A stretch of DNA of 64,000 nt from Ilumatobacteraceae bacterium (GTDB lineage: Bacteria; Actinomycetota; Acidimicrobiia; Acidimicrobiales; Ilumatobacteraceae), in NCBI GenBank assembly GCA_049442935.1, contig JBMTOT010000001.1, positions 2,666-66,665 on the forward strand, in the 5' to 3' direction. Below the pieces are notes generated by a model. The model was not told the origin of the DNA and ran no database searches. It worked only from the letters and a program-made list of their open reading frames with translations. The stretch's first letter is position 1; each line of letters opens with the position of its first letter. Shown in pieces: positions 9,241 through 18,270 of the stretch. The position numbers and the translations under genes are program-made.

Positions 9241-9897
9241 TTAGGAAGACCCGCCGATCTCGACCACTCGGTCAGCCAGCACCGACACGTCAGCCTCGTC
9301 GTGGGAGACGATCAATACAGAGCCGACGAATTCTCCAACGGCACCAGCGAGGAACTCGCGCAGCGCTGACCGTGACGACGCATCGACCGCGGTCAGTGGT
9401 TCGTCGAGCAGCAACACCCGGGGCTCGGGAGCAAGGGCCCGGGCGAGTGCGGCGCGTTGGCGCTCTCCCCCGCTGAGCAACTCGGGGAGACGGCCCCCGA
9501 GGTGTGCGACACCCACTCGTTCGAGCAACTCATCGGCTCGTGCCCGTGCGTCGGTTCGTGATAGGCCACGTGCGCGGCACCCGAAGGCGACATTGTCACG
9601 CACGTTCAGTGACGGGAACAACCGTAGGTCTTGGAACACCACGCCGCACTGCCGGTCTTCTGGAACGACGAACAAGTCATGCGTCGTGTCCTGCCAGGTG
9701 TCTCCGCCGCAGACCACGCGGCCTTCGATCAAGGGCACGAGACCGGCGACCGTGTGCAACAGCGTCGATTTTCCGGCACCGTTGCGGCCGACCACCGCAA
9801 CCACCTCGCCGGCGTCGGCCGAGATGTCGACAGAGAGCACGAAATCGTCTCGACCGATCGTGCCTCTGATGCGGAGATCTGCTGGCGAACGGCTCAC
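9241..9897 (-). CDS. modC: Molybdate-type ABC transporter ATP-binding protein, short form without a C-terminal TOBE-like extension
   Basis: Walker A GRNGAGKST, LSGGERQR, LLLDEP. GTG at 9897 gives a GTGA overlap with the modB stop. Confidence 0.7.
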   Translation of the reverse strand: MSRSPADLRIRGTIGRDDFVLSVDISADAGEVVAVVGRNGAGKSTLLHTVAGLVPLIEGRVVCGGDTWQDTTHDLFVVPEDRQCGVVFQDLRLFPSLNVRDNVAFGCRARGLSRTDARARADELLERVGVAHLGGRLPELLSGGERQRAALARALAPEPRVLLLDEPLTAVDASSRSALREFLAGAVGEFVGSVLIVSHDEADVSVLADRVVEIGGSS

Positions 9898-10685
9898 CGC
9901 GTCACCGCGCCGATCCAACGGTCTCGCAACGAGAGCAACACGCCCACCGAGATGACAATCAAGACGAGAGACAAAACCAATGACTGGCGGTAGTCGACAG
10001 CCGCATACTCGTACACCGCCATCGGAAGAGTCTGTGTGCGACCCGGGAGACTGCCAGCGAACGTGATGGTCGCGCCGAACTCACCGAGCGACCGCGCCCA
10101 CGCGAGCATTGCCCCGGCAGCGAGCGCGGGACGCGCCGCGGGCAGGGCCACCTGCCAGAACACACGGTTCGGCCGTGCTCCGAGCGTCCGCGCCGCATCT
10201 TCGAGATCGGTTCCGGCCTGGCGAAACGCCGCTTCGACCGAAATGACGAGGAACGGCATCGACACGAAGACCTGCGCCATCACGACAGCGACAGCAGTAA
10301 AAGGCACGGTGACGCCGAACCACTCGTCGAGCGGCTCGCCCACCACGCCACGTCGCCCGAAGGCAGTGAGAAGCGCGATGCCGCCGACGACCGGCGGCAA
10401 GACCATCGGTGCGATGCTGAGCGTGCGCACCGTTCGCACGAGCCGCGAGCCGCTGCGCGCCAACCACCACGCCAAGGGAACCCCGAGAACGCACGACACC
10501 AACGCCGACACGACCGAGGTCTGAAGCGAGACGCGAAGCGCCTGAAGCGACGCCGTCGACGAGACGACCGACCAGATGTCGGAGAACGGCGTGCGCCAGA
10601 TGACGCTCGCCAGCGGCACCACAATGAAGGCCGCGGCGACGGCCGCAATCGCAGATGTTGACCGTGAGTGCCGCCGCGCCGTCAC
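9894..10685 (-). CDS. modB: Molybdate ABC transporter permease
   Basis: 263-aa permease with the EAA-like loop EDAARTLGA. GTGA overlap with the modA stop. Confidence 0.75.
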   Translation of the reverse strand: MTARRHSRSTSAIAAVAAAFIVVPLASVIWRTPFSDIWSVVSSTASLQALRVSLQTSVVSALVSCVLGVPLAWWLARSGSRLVRTVRTLSIAPMVLPPVVGGIALLTAFGRRGVVGEPLDEWFGVTVPFTAVAVVMAQVFVSMPFLVISVEAAFRQAGTDLEDAARTLGARPNRVFWQVALPAARPALAAGAMLAWARSLGEFGATITFAGSLPGRTQTLPMAVYEYAAVDYRQSLVLSLVLIVISVGVLLSLRDRWIGAVTR

Positions 10686-11479
10686 GTTGCCTCCGCGAAT
10701 CGGTGCGTGTCGACGAGAATTCGCCGTGCGGCATCTCCAACGAGGAAGTCGACGAAATCACGTGCGATACCAGAGTTGGACGTCGCCACTGCAACGACGT
10801 CGGTCGTGGAGTTGACATCTGCCGTGATGTCGACGCACCTCACACGGCCCGCACGCGCCGATGCACAGTCGCTCATGTACGTGATGCCCGCATCGAGCTC
10901 GCCGATTTGAATCTTGGTGACCAAGTCCTCGGCCGACGAGGCCTCCGTGTCGGCGATGTTCGCGCGGGACACGCTCTCGTCTCCGGTCACAAGCGACGCA
11001 TTCGCCAACACCCGGTCTGCGAGCGCGCCACAGGGAACGCTCGCCGCACACAGTCCGACGACGATTCCCTTGTTGCGCTTCTCGAGGAGATCGACGACGG
11101 AGCCGATTGACGAGACAAACGACGATTCGACCGACACCATGACCGCGGCAGAGTTCCGGGCGACGATGACAGGATCGCCGACAGTGCCGTTTTCGAGAAC
11201 TGGCCGCATGCTCTCGCGGCTGGCCGAGACGAACACGTCGACAGGCGCACCGTTCACCACCTGGGCGGCCAGTGATGACGATGCACCGAAGATCACGTCC
11301 ACTTCGGCGACACAGTCATGTTCGGCGAGAAAGGCGCGTTCGAGGTCGGCGAAGGCATTCGAGAGCGACGACGCGGCGAGAACCCTGATGGACTCGCACG
11401 ACGTCTCGCCGCGCGGCGGCTCGGAGCATCCGACCACGAGAACGAACGAGGCAACGAGTCCCCACCACGACAGACGCAC
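10682..11479 (-). CDS. modA: Molybdate-binding lipoprotein
   Basis: GTG start. Lipobox LVVGCS. ModA-like length and motifs (AASSL, GAPVDVFVSA, ITYMSD). Confidence 0.7.
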   Translation of the reverse strand: MRLSWWGLVASFVLVVGCSEPPRGETSCESIRVLAASSLSNAFADLERAFLAEHDCVAEVDVIFGASSSLAAQVVNGAPVDVFVSASRESMRPVLENGTVGDPVIVARNSAAVMVSVESSFVSSIGSVVDLLEKRNKGIVVGLCAASVPCGALADRVLANASLVTGDESVSRANIADTEASSAEDLVTKIQIGELDAGITYMSDCASARAGRVRCVDITADVNSTTDVVAVATSNSGIARDFVDFLVGDAARRILVDTHRFAEAT

Positions 11480-11488
11480 GACGCGATG

Positions 11489-11507
11489 GTAGTCAGTCTG
11501 TGACTAC
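11489..11507. promoter_or_regulatory. Inverted repeat in the 55-bp modA/padR divergent spacer
   Basis: GTAGTCA-gtctg-TGACTAC, 7-bp perfect arms, 10 nt from the modA start and 28 nt from the PadR-like gene start. Confidence 0.4.
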
Positions 11508-11534
11508 ATTGCTCCAGGCGGTAGTTTCTCCCGC

Positions 11535-12050
11535 GTGGCACGCTCCGACGCTCGACTCGCCCGCGAGGTGGTGCTCGCCCTCGTGTGCGCCGAACCGCGG
11601 CACGGGTGGGCGCTCCAGCGAGAACTGGCGCCGACGGGCCACATTGGCCGGGCCTGGACCCTCAGCAGACAACTCACCTACCGCGCGATCGACTCGCTCG
11701 TCGACGACGGTCTCGCCCGCCGTGCCGCACCGCGCGAAGGACTTGGCGGAGACCGCGTCATCATCTCCCCCACCGCCGCCGGCAGGCGCCACTGCGCGGG
11801 TTGGCTCGACAAGCCCGTCGAGCACCTGCGTGACGTGCGCACCGAGCTGGTTGTCAAGGTGATGCTGCGCGAGATGCACGGTCTCCGACTCGAGCCGTTC
11901 GTGGCCCGTCAACGCACGGTCTTCGAACCGCTCATTGCGGCAGTGACCGACGCGAACGATTCGTCGCCGGTTGGAATATGGCGCGAAGAGAGCGCCGAGT
12001 CGGTTCGCCGGTGGCTCGACCGGCTATCGCGGTCTCAGGCGCCGAGATAA
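11535..12050 (+). CDS. PadR-like winged-helix transcriptional regulator
   Basis: GTG start. The N-terminal segment VLALVCAEPRHGWALQREL...LTYRAIDSLVDDGL resembles PadR-family wHTH regulators. Its 3' end overlaps livF convergently by 16 nt. Confidence 0.6.
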   Translation: MARSDARLAREVVLALVCAEPRHGWALQRELAPTGHIGRAWTLSRQLTYRAIDSLVDDGLARRAAPREGLGGDRVIISPTAAGRRHCAGWLDKPVEHLRDVRTELVVKVMLREMHGLRLEPFVARQRTVFEPLIAAVTDANDSSPVGIWREESAESVRRWLDRLSRSQAPR

Positions 12051-12745
12051 GCGGCGCGAACCGCCGGGTCATCGAGCAGGTCTTTGCCCGAACCCGACTT
12101 CACCACGTTGCCGGTCTCCAGCACGTACCCGCGATTCGCAGTGCGGAGCGCCTGTGTCGCGTTCTGTTCGACCAGCAGCACCGAGACACCCTCAGAGTTG
12201 ATCTCCCGGATGATGGTGAAAATCTGGGCAATCAGCATCGGCGCGAGACCCATTGACGGCTCGTCGAGCAGGAGAAGTCGAGGGCGCGACATGAGAGCGC
12301 GTCCGATTGCGAGCATCTGCTGTTCCCCGCCCGACAAGGTGCCACCGGCCTGATCGATGCGTTCCTTGAGCCGCGGGAAAAGATGGAACACGTGCTCGAG
12401 ATCCCGAGACTTCTGCTCACCCTTGTCGCCGCGCACGTAAGTTCCCATCTCCAGGTTCTCCCGCACGCTCATTCCGGGGAAGATGCCGCGACCCTCCGGC
12501 GCCTGGCAGATGCCGAGCTTCACCCGCTCGTGCGGTGCCATGCGGCTGATGTCCTTGCCCTCGAAAAGAACGCGGCCCTGCGCCACCGGCCGGACTCCCG
12601 AGATGGTGCGCATCGTCGTGGTCTTGCCGGCGCCGTTCGCGCCGATGAGGGTGACGATCTCTCCCTCGCCGACAGTGAACGAGATGCCCTTCAGGGCCTC
12701 GATTTTCCCGTAGAAGACGTGAAGGTCTTCGACCTCAAGAAGCAT
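12035..12745 (-). CDS. livF: Branched-chain amino acid ABC transporter ATP-binding protein
   Basis: Walker A GANGAGKTT, LSGGEQQML, LLLDEP. It is the last gene of the liv-type operon. Confidence 0.85.
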   Translation of the reverse strand: MLLEVEDLHVFYGKIEALKGISFTVGEGEIVTLIGANGAGKTTTMRTISGVRPVAQGRVLFEGKDISRMAPHERVKLGICQAPEGRGIFPGMSVRENLEMGTYVRGDKGEQKSRDLEHVFHLFPRLKERIDQAGGTLSGGEQQMLAIGRALMSRPRLLLLDEPSMGLAPMLIAQIFTIIREINSEGVSVLLVEQNATQALRTANRGYVLETGNVVKSGSGKDLLDDPAVRAAYLGA

Positions 12746-13511
12746 CGTCGGTCACCCCCAGATAAGCCGCGATCACGTCCGGATTCTCGCGCACGACTTC
12801 GGGCCGTCCCTCTGCGATCTTGCGGCCGAAATCGAGCACGACCACGTGGTCGCTCACTCCCATCACGACTTTCATGTCGTGTTCGATCAGGAGCACCGTG
12901 TACCCCTGGTCTCGGATCTTGAAGATCAGTTCGTTCAGTTCCTGTTTCTCGGCGGGGTTGAAGCCGGCGGCCGGTTCGTCGAGGCACAGAAGCTTCGGCT
13001 CGGTGCCGAGTGCCCGCGCGATCTCGAGGCGGCGCTGATAGCCGTAGGGCAGGTTGCGCGCTGCCACTTCGGAATAGTCGGCGATTCCCATGAAGGTGAG
13101 CAGATCCATGGCCCGCTCGCGGCCGTGCTTCTCTTCCGCACGGTTGCGCGGCGTGCGCAGAATCGCGCCGACAACGCTCGATGAGTGGTGGGCATCGACG
13201 CCCACCATCACGTTCTCGAGCGCAGACATGTCGGGGAACAAGCGGATGTTCTGGAATGTCCGTGCAATTCCGCGCTTCGTGATGTGGTGTCGCTTCACCC
13301 CGACGACACTGTTGCCGTCGAATCGCACGTCGCCCTTGGTGGGCTGGTACACGCCGGTCACCACGTTGAACATGGTGGTCTTGCCTGCACCGTTCGGACC
13401 GATCAGACCGAGAATCTCGCCCGTCTTGATGCGAAGGGAGACGTCCTCGAGGGCGGTGACGCCGCCGAACTGCATCGTGACGGAATCGACATCGAGCAAG
13501 AACTCAGCCAC
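12735..13511 (-). CDS. livG: Branched-chain amino acid ABC transporter ATP-binding protein
   Basis: Walker A GPNGAGKTT and the LivG-type C-terminal region. Its ends overlap livM and livF. Confidence 0.85.
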   Translation of the reverse strand: MAEFLLDVDSVTMQFGGVTALEDVSLRIKTGEILGLIGPNGAGKTTMFNVVTGVYQPTKGDVRFDGNSVVGVKRHHITKRGIARTFQNIRLFPDMSALENVMVGVDAHHSSSVVGAILRTPRNRAEEKHGRERAMDLLTFMGIADYSEVAARNLPYGYQRRLEIARALGTEPKLLCLDEPAAGFNPAEKQELNELIFKIRDQGYTVLLIEHDMKVVMGVSDHVVVLDFGRKIAEGRPEVVRENPDVIAAYLGVTDDAS

Positions 13512-14595
13512 CTGCGACCTCCCCCTCTGTCGCTGACGATTGAGGCTTGTCTATGCCCGCCTTGGCCCCCCGCCGCGGAATGAGCCCCTGCGGACGGAAC
13601 ACCATCATGAGCACCAGCACGATGCCGAACACGAAGTACCGCCGGTCCTCGAAGTTGCGGAATCGTTCGGGCACCCACGCGACCAGCACTCCGCCGAGAA
13701 TCGCACCGTAGATGCTTCCGGTGCCGCCGAGAACGAGTGCGGCGAGGAAGAGAATCGACAGCTGCAACTCGAAATTTTCGGGGCTGACGTAGGTCACCTT
13801 GCCTGCATACAGCGTTCCTGCGACCCCGCCGATCGCAGCGCCGATGGCGAACGCCCACAACTTGAACTTGAAGGTGTCGACACCCATCAATTCGGCCGCG
13901 TCCTCGTCTTCGCGGATCGCGTCCCATGCACGACCCACCCGGCTCGACATCAGGCGACGCACGATGAAGATCACGAGCAGGATGATCGTGAAACCGAGGT
14001 ACCAATACGGCTTCGGATCGAGCACCCCGAACTTGAGCGGGCCAATGCTCGGCGGTCGAGCAATCTTGTTGATTCCCCGGACGCTTCCGAGCCACTCGGA
14101 ATTGTTCGCCGTGATGCGAATGATCTCGCCGAAACCGAGCGTCACGATCGCGAGATAGTCGCCGCGCAGCCGAAGTGTGGGCGTGCCGAGAATGACTCCC
14201 GAGAGCATCGAGACAACGACTGCGAGCGGCAAACTCGCGAGCCACGGGAGGTTCCACGAGTTCGTCGTCACGACGGCAGTCGTGTACGCGCCCACCGCAT
14301 AGAAGCCGACATATCCGAGGTCGAGGAGACCGGCGAGGCCGACCACCACGTTCAATCCGAGCGACACGAGCACGAAGATCATCACCTGGTCCGTGACGAC
14401 GCTCGCAAAATTGGTGCCAGGAGTGTCGACGATCCAACCGAGCACCGGCACGTCGGGCCAGAACGGGAGCAGGTACACCGCACCGATGGCGAGCAGCGCG
14501 AGCAGAGATTTCGCCGGCTTCGGCATTGCCTCTATTCGTCCCGGAGCAGACGTCAGCGGCCGGGTGCGCTCGCGGAAGATGTCTGTCAGGCTCAT
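13504..14595 (-). CDS. livM: Branched-chain amino acid ABC transporter permease
   Basis: 363-aa polytopic permease. ATGA overlap with the livH stop. Confidence 0.8.
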   Translation of the reverse strand: MSLTDIFRERTRPLTSAPGRIEAMPKPAKSLLALLAIGAVYLLPFWPDVPVLGWIVDTPGTNFASVVTDQVMIFVLVSLGLNVVVGLAGLLDLGYVGFYAVGAYTTAVVTTNSWNLPWLASLPLAVVVSMLSGVILGTPTLRLRGDYLAIVTLGFGEIIRITANNSEWLGSVRGINKIARPPSIGPLKFGVLDPKPYWYLGFTIILLVIFIVRRLMSSRVGRAWDAIREDEDAAELMGVDTFKFKLWAFAIGAAIGGVAGTLYAGKVTYVSPENFELQLSILFLAALVLGGTGSIYGAILGGVLVAWVPERFRNFEDRRYFVFGIVLVLMMVFRPQGLIPRRGAKAGIDKPQSSATEGEVAGG

Positions 14596-15716
14596 ACGCG
14601 CGCCCTCCCGAGCGACTCACCGAGAATGCCGGTCGGACGGAACATGAGCACGACCAACAGCACCACGAATGCGATCACGTCCTTCCATTCCCCGCCGAAG
14701 AGCGCGGCGCCGTAGTTCTCGGCGAGACCGAGGGCGATTCCGCCGAGCAGAGCACCCTTGATGTTGCCGATGCCGCCCAGGACAGCGGCCGTGAAACTCT
14801 TGACACCGAGGAGGAATCCGATGTTGAAGCGGGTCTGGTCGTACACGAGGGTGAACATCATCGCCGCTCCGCCTGCCATCACTCCACCGAGAAGGAACGT
14901 GACCAAGATGACCATGTTCACGTCGACACCGAGGATGCGCGATGTCTCCTGGTCCTGCGCGACCGCGCGAATTCCTCGACCGAGCCTCGTGCGGTTCACG
15001 AACAACAGCAGCGACACCATCATGAGAACCGCACCCGAGGCGACGAGTACGTAGTCGAGCCGGATGTCGGCCCCCAGGAACTCGAAGAGAACCTTCTTCT
15101 CGAGCACGCGCGGAACCTTGTACATGTTGCGACCGTCGGGACCCCAGATGGCGGCGGCCTCCGCGACTGCAAGAGATGCGCCGATCGCCGAGATGAGGAA
15201 TGCCAGGCGGGGCGCCTGCTTGCCCGATCTGAAAATCCGCGCGTACAGCCATGCGATCGGACCGGTGAGCACCAGAGCGATGGTCAGCTCTGCCGCGGTG
15301 CTGCGGCTGAAGAGGAACGAAATGATGAGACCGGTGGCGAATGCGAGCACGACGGCGCCGACCTTGTCGCCTGCACCGCGCAGAGGCCGGTATGCGGCGC
15401 GTTCGAGGACGACGGCGCCGACACCCGAGGCGACCATGGCCGCAAAGACGGAGCCGAGAAGAACGGCCACCAGAGCGAACCCGGTTCGGTACGGGTATTG
15501 GCCGTTCTCAAAGAGAGAAATGCCGAAGAACTGAGTCACTGAGATGAGCGAAGCAAAGGTTCCCACCATGAAGATCTCGGAGTGGGCAAAGTTGATGAGG
15601 CGCAGCACGCCGTACACCATCGTGTAGCCGAGAGCCACCAATGAATAGATGAGTCCAAGCACGACTCCAGTGACGGTCAATTCCCAGAACGTTCTGTAGA
15701 TCAGCCAATCGCGCAT
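14592..15716 (-). CDS. livH: Branched-chain amino acid ABC transporter permease, long form
   Basis: 374-aa permease with LivH-like N- and C-terminal regions, plus an extra hydrophobic segment (about aa 110-175) compared with what I recall as the usual ~300-aa LivH size. Confidence 0.8.
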   Translation of the reverse strand: MRDWLIYRTFWELTVTGVVLGLIYSLVALGYTMVYGVLRLINFAHSEIFMVGTFASLISVTQFFGISLFENGQYPYRTGFALVAVLLGSVFAAMVASGVGAVVLERAAYRPLRGAGDKVGAVVLAFATGLIISFLFSRSTAAELTIALVLTGPIAWLYARIFRSGKQAPRLAFLISAIGASLAVAEAAAIWGPDGRNMYKVPRVLEKKVLFEFLGADIRLDYVLVASGAVLMMVSLLLFVNRTRLGRGIRAVAQDQETSRILGVDVNMVILVTFLLGGVMAGGAAMMFTLVYDQTRFNIGFLLGVKSFTAAVLGGIGNIKGALLGGIALGLAENYGAALFGGEWKDVIAFVVLLVVLMFRPTGILGESLGRARV

Positions 15717-15755
15717 GAAGCCTCGGGGTTAGGAGAAAACGTCAGAGTAATGCAA

Positions 15756-15782
15756 CGGCCGGAGGCTAAAAGCCCCCGGCCG
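15756..15782 (-). terminator. Intra-operon hairpin between the binding-protein gene and livH
   Basis: CGGCCGGAGGCT-aaa-AGCCCCCGGCCG, 11 bp with one mismatch, 38 nt after the binding-protein stop. There is no clean U tract, so it may act as an attenuator or mRNA stabiliser. Confidence 0.45.
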
Positions 15783-15819
15783 CCGTCGAAGTCAGAGTCG
15801 GATGTTCACCCGACCGAGA

Positions 15820-16992
15820 TCACTTGATCTCGGACTCGTAGGTGATCGTTCCGGCGTCAACCTTGTAGAAGTAGATCGCTCCTGCCTCGGTGGCCTCGCC
15901 ACTCTCGGTGAACTTGATCTGCTTCGTCACGCCCGGCGCATCGAAGGACTCGACAGCTTCGAGAACTGCGGCACGGTCGGTGGCTCCACTCTTGATGATG
16001 CTCAGGAAGATGTTCGCCACGTCGTAGTACTCGGGACCATAGGTGCCCGGGTTCTCGCCGTACTTGGCGCTCCAACGCGACACGAAGTCCTCGTTTCCGT
16101 CCTTGCACGGGCAAGCGATGATGGCACCTTCAGCGGCAGGACCGGTGGCATCGGCGTAGCCGGCCTGGTCCTTCACGCCGTCGCCGAACACCAGCGTCGC
16201 CTCAACGCCGCCGTCACGGAGCTGGGTCGAGAGCTTCGACGCCTCGGCGTAGTAGCCACCGAAGAACACTGCGTCGACTTCGGCATCCTTGATCTTGGTC
16301 ACGACAGCCGAGAAGTCGGCCGCGGCCGGGTCGACAGCGTCGCGAACAACGACGATGCTGCCAGCCTCGGTGGCAACTTCATCGGCGAGCGGCTTGCCGT
16401 ACGAGCTTGCGTCGTCGATGACGGCAACCTTGGTCGCGGCGAGCGTGTCCTTGATGTACTTGCCGATTGCCGGACCCTGCACCGAGTCATTGGCGAGCAG
16501 GCGGTGGAAGTTGCTCCAGCCCTGGTCGGTCAGGCTCGGGCGCGTGGCCGAACCGGTGACGACCGCAAGACCGGCCTCCTGGTACAGCGGCATGGCGGCC
16601 TCGGTCTCACCAGAGAAACCAGGACCCATGATGCCGAGCACCGACGCATCGTCGATAGCCGACTGTGCGACTGCCGGCGCCTTGGCCGGGTCACCCTGCG
16701 TGTCGAACTTCTTCAGGGTCACGCAGTTGTCAGGATTCTCGGCGTTGTACTCATCGATGGCCATCTGGGCACCCTTGAGCATCGGCGCACCCAGGTTGCC
16801 GGCGTCGCCGGTCTCCGGGAACTGCAGGCCGAGCGAGGCAACCGGGCTGTCACAGGTGACGACCTCAGGTGCTTCGCCACCAGCAGCGGCGGTGGTGTCG
16901 CTGGCCGAATCGTCGCTGCCGCCGCAGGCCGCGGCCACGAGCGACAGACCGATGAGCATCGCTGAAACGCGAAGCGCACGGCTCTTCTTCAT
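15820..16992 (-). CDS. Branched-chain/general amino acid ABC transporter substrate-binding lipoprotein
   Basis: ATG at 16992. Signal peptide plus lipobox MKKSRALRVSAMLIGLSLVAAACGG. LivJ/K-type periplasmic binding fold by eye. Confidence 0.8.
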   Translation of the reverse strand: MKKSRALRVSAMLIGLSLVAAACGGSDDSASDTTAAAGGEAPEVVTCDSPVASLGLQFPETGDAGNLGAPMLKGAQMAIDEYNAENPDNCVTLKKFDTQGDPAKAPAVAQSAIDDASVLGIMGPGFSGETEAAMPLYQEAGLAVVTGSATRPSLTDQGWSNFHRLLANDSVQGPAIGKYIKDTLAATKVAVIDDASSYGKPLADEVATEAGSIVVVRDAVDPAAADFSAVVTKIKDAEVDAVFFGGYYAEASKLSTQLRDGGVEATLVFGDGVKDQAGYADATGPAAEGAIIACPCKDGNEDFVSRWSAKYGENPGTYGPEYYDVANIFLSIIKSGATDRAAVLEAVESFDAPGVTKQIKFTESGEATEAGAIYFYKVDAGTITYESEIK

Positions 16993-17076
16993 GTTGTTTC
17001 TCCCCAGGGGAAAGGGGCGGTACAAACCGCCGTTACTTGGTAGTAGAGGAAAACTACCTGCTTGCCTGGGGAAAAC
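16993..17076 (-). promoter_or_regulatory. Structured 84-nt intergenic RNA (three-way junction) that sequesters the SD sequence of the binding-protein gene
   Basis: On the mRNA strand, UUUUCCCCAGG pairs with CCUGGGGAGAA (11 bp including one G-U). This stem encloses hairpins GGUAGU-8nt-ACUACC and GGCGGU-4nt-ACCGCC. The 3' arm contains the GGGGAGA SD, 7 nt before the AUG. Confidence 0.5.
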
Positions 17077-18270
17077 TCAATGGCTCCGGTCAGATTCGGA
17101 AATCTTTTCGACCAGATCAACCACGTCGGAGTGACTGTTGTACAAGGGGGCGAGGCCGAATCTCATGAGATCCGGAGGACGGAAATCGGCGACGACGTCC
17201 TGTGCCGCAAGAGCCTCAATGAGCTGCTCTCCCCCCGGAAACCCAAGCGCCACATGGCTTCCGCGGCTTGTGGCGTCTGCAGGCGAGGCCAGTTGAAACC
17301 CCCTCGGGGCCAGGTGCGTCTCCCACAACTCGACCAATAATGAGGTCAACGACATGCTTTTGGCCCGAACATCGGCCATCGACACACCGTTGAAGGCGGT
17401 GAGGGCAGCCTCCAATGACTTCAGGCTCAGCACATTGGCGGTGCCGGTGAGGAACCGAGCAACCCCGGGTGCGGGTCGATAGTCGATCTCGAACCCGAAC
17501 GGCTCGGAATGGCCCCACCAGCCTTGGAGGGGCTGGTCCGCCTGTGCGAGCAGCCTCGGCGCGACGTAGACAAATGCCGGCGCGCCAGGGCCGCCGTTCA
17601 AGTACTTGTATCCGCACCCCACGGCGAAGTCGACATCATGCCCCTCGAGGTCGACTTCGATCGCACCCGCAGAGTGAGCGAGGTCCCACACCATCAGCGC
17701 ACCGTGGGCGTGCGCGGCCGCGGTGATGCCGGCAAAGTCGAGGATGCGCGCCGAGCGATAGTCGACCTGCGTCGCGGTGACCACCGCAGTGCGCTCGGAG
17801 ATCGACTCGACGATGCGGTCGGCGGGCACGGCCACGAGTTGAAGACCGTTCTGCTCAGCGATGCTCGCGGCAATGTAGATGTCGGTCGGAAAGTTGTCCG
17901 CATCGACCACGATCTCGCCACGCCCCGGTCGCAAGCGCACCGCCGCACTGAGAGCCTTGTGCAGGTTGATCGAGGTGTTGTCGCACGCAATCGTCGTGCC
18001 CGGGCTCGCTCCGACGAGGCGCGCGATCGCATCACCGACGCGAGCGGGCATCTCCAACCAGTCCTCGTTCCACGACCTGATCAATCGCACGCGCCACTCG
18101 TGCTCGATCGTTCTGGTCAACACCTCGCGAGAAGCGCGGGTGAGCGGGCCGAGTGAGTTTCCGTCGAAGTACAGCGTTCCGTCTGGGATGTCGAAACGGT
18201 CGCGCATCGGTGCGAGTTCGTCGGCGGCGTCGAGAACGGCTGCACGGGCACGAGCTTCGTCGAATGTCAT
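17077..18270 (-). CDS. kynU: Kynureninase
   Basis: PLP-lysine region GCGYKYLNGGPGAPAF, then GWWGH..PF. Full-length kynureninase-like. ATGA overlap with the upstream gene. Confidence 0.85.
   Translation of the reverse strand: MTFDEARARAAVLDAADELAPMRDRFDIPDGTLYFDGNSLGPLTRASREVLTRTIEHEWRVRLIRSWNEDWLEMPARVGDAIARLVGASPGTTIACDNTSINLHKALSAAVRLRPGRGEIVVDADNFPTDIYIAASIAEQNGLQLVAVPADRIVESISERTAVVTATQVDYRSARILDFAGITAAAHAHGALMVWDLAHSAGAIEVDLEGHDVDFAVGCGYKYLNGGPGAPAFVYVAPRLLAQADQPLQGWWGHSEPFGFEIDYRPAPGVARFLTGTANVLSLKSLEAALTAFNGVSMADVRAKSMSLTSLLVELWETHLAPRGFQLASPADATSRGSHVALGFPGGEQLIEALAAQDVVADFRPPDLMRFGLAPLYNSHSDVVDLVEKISESDRSH

Noticed and set aside
13540-16965. Three long plus-strand ORFs (13540..14715, 14526..15542, 15802..16965)
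   Set aside because: They are antisense shadows of livM, livH and the binding-protein gene. The compositions are Arg/Glu/His-rich and there are no membrane or ABC motifs.
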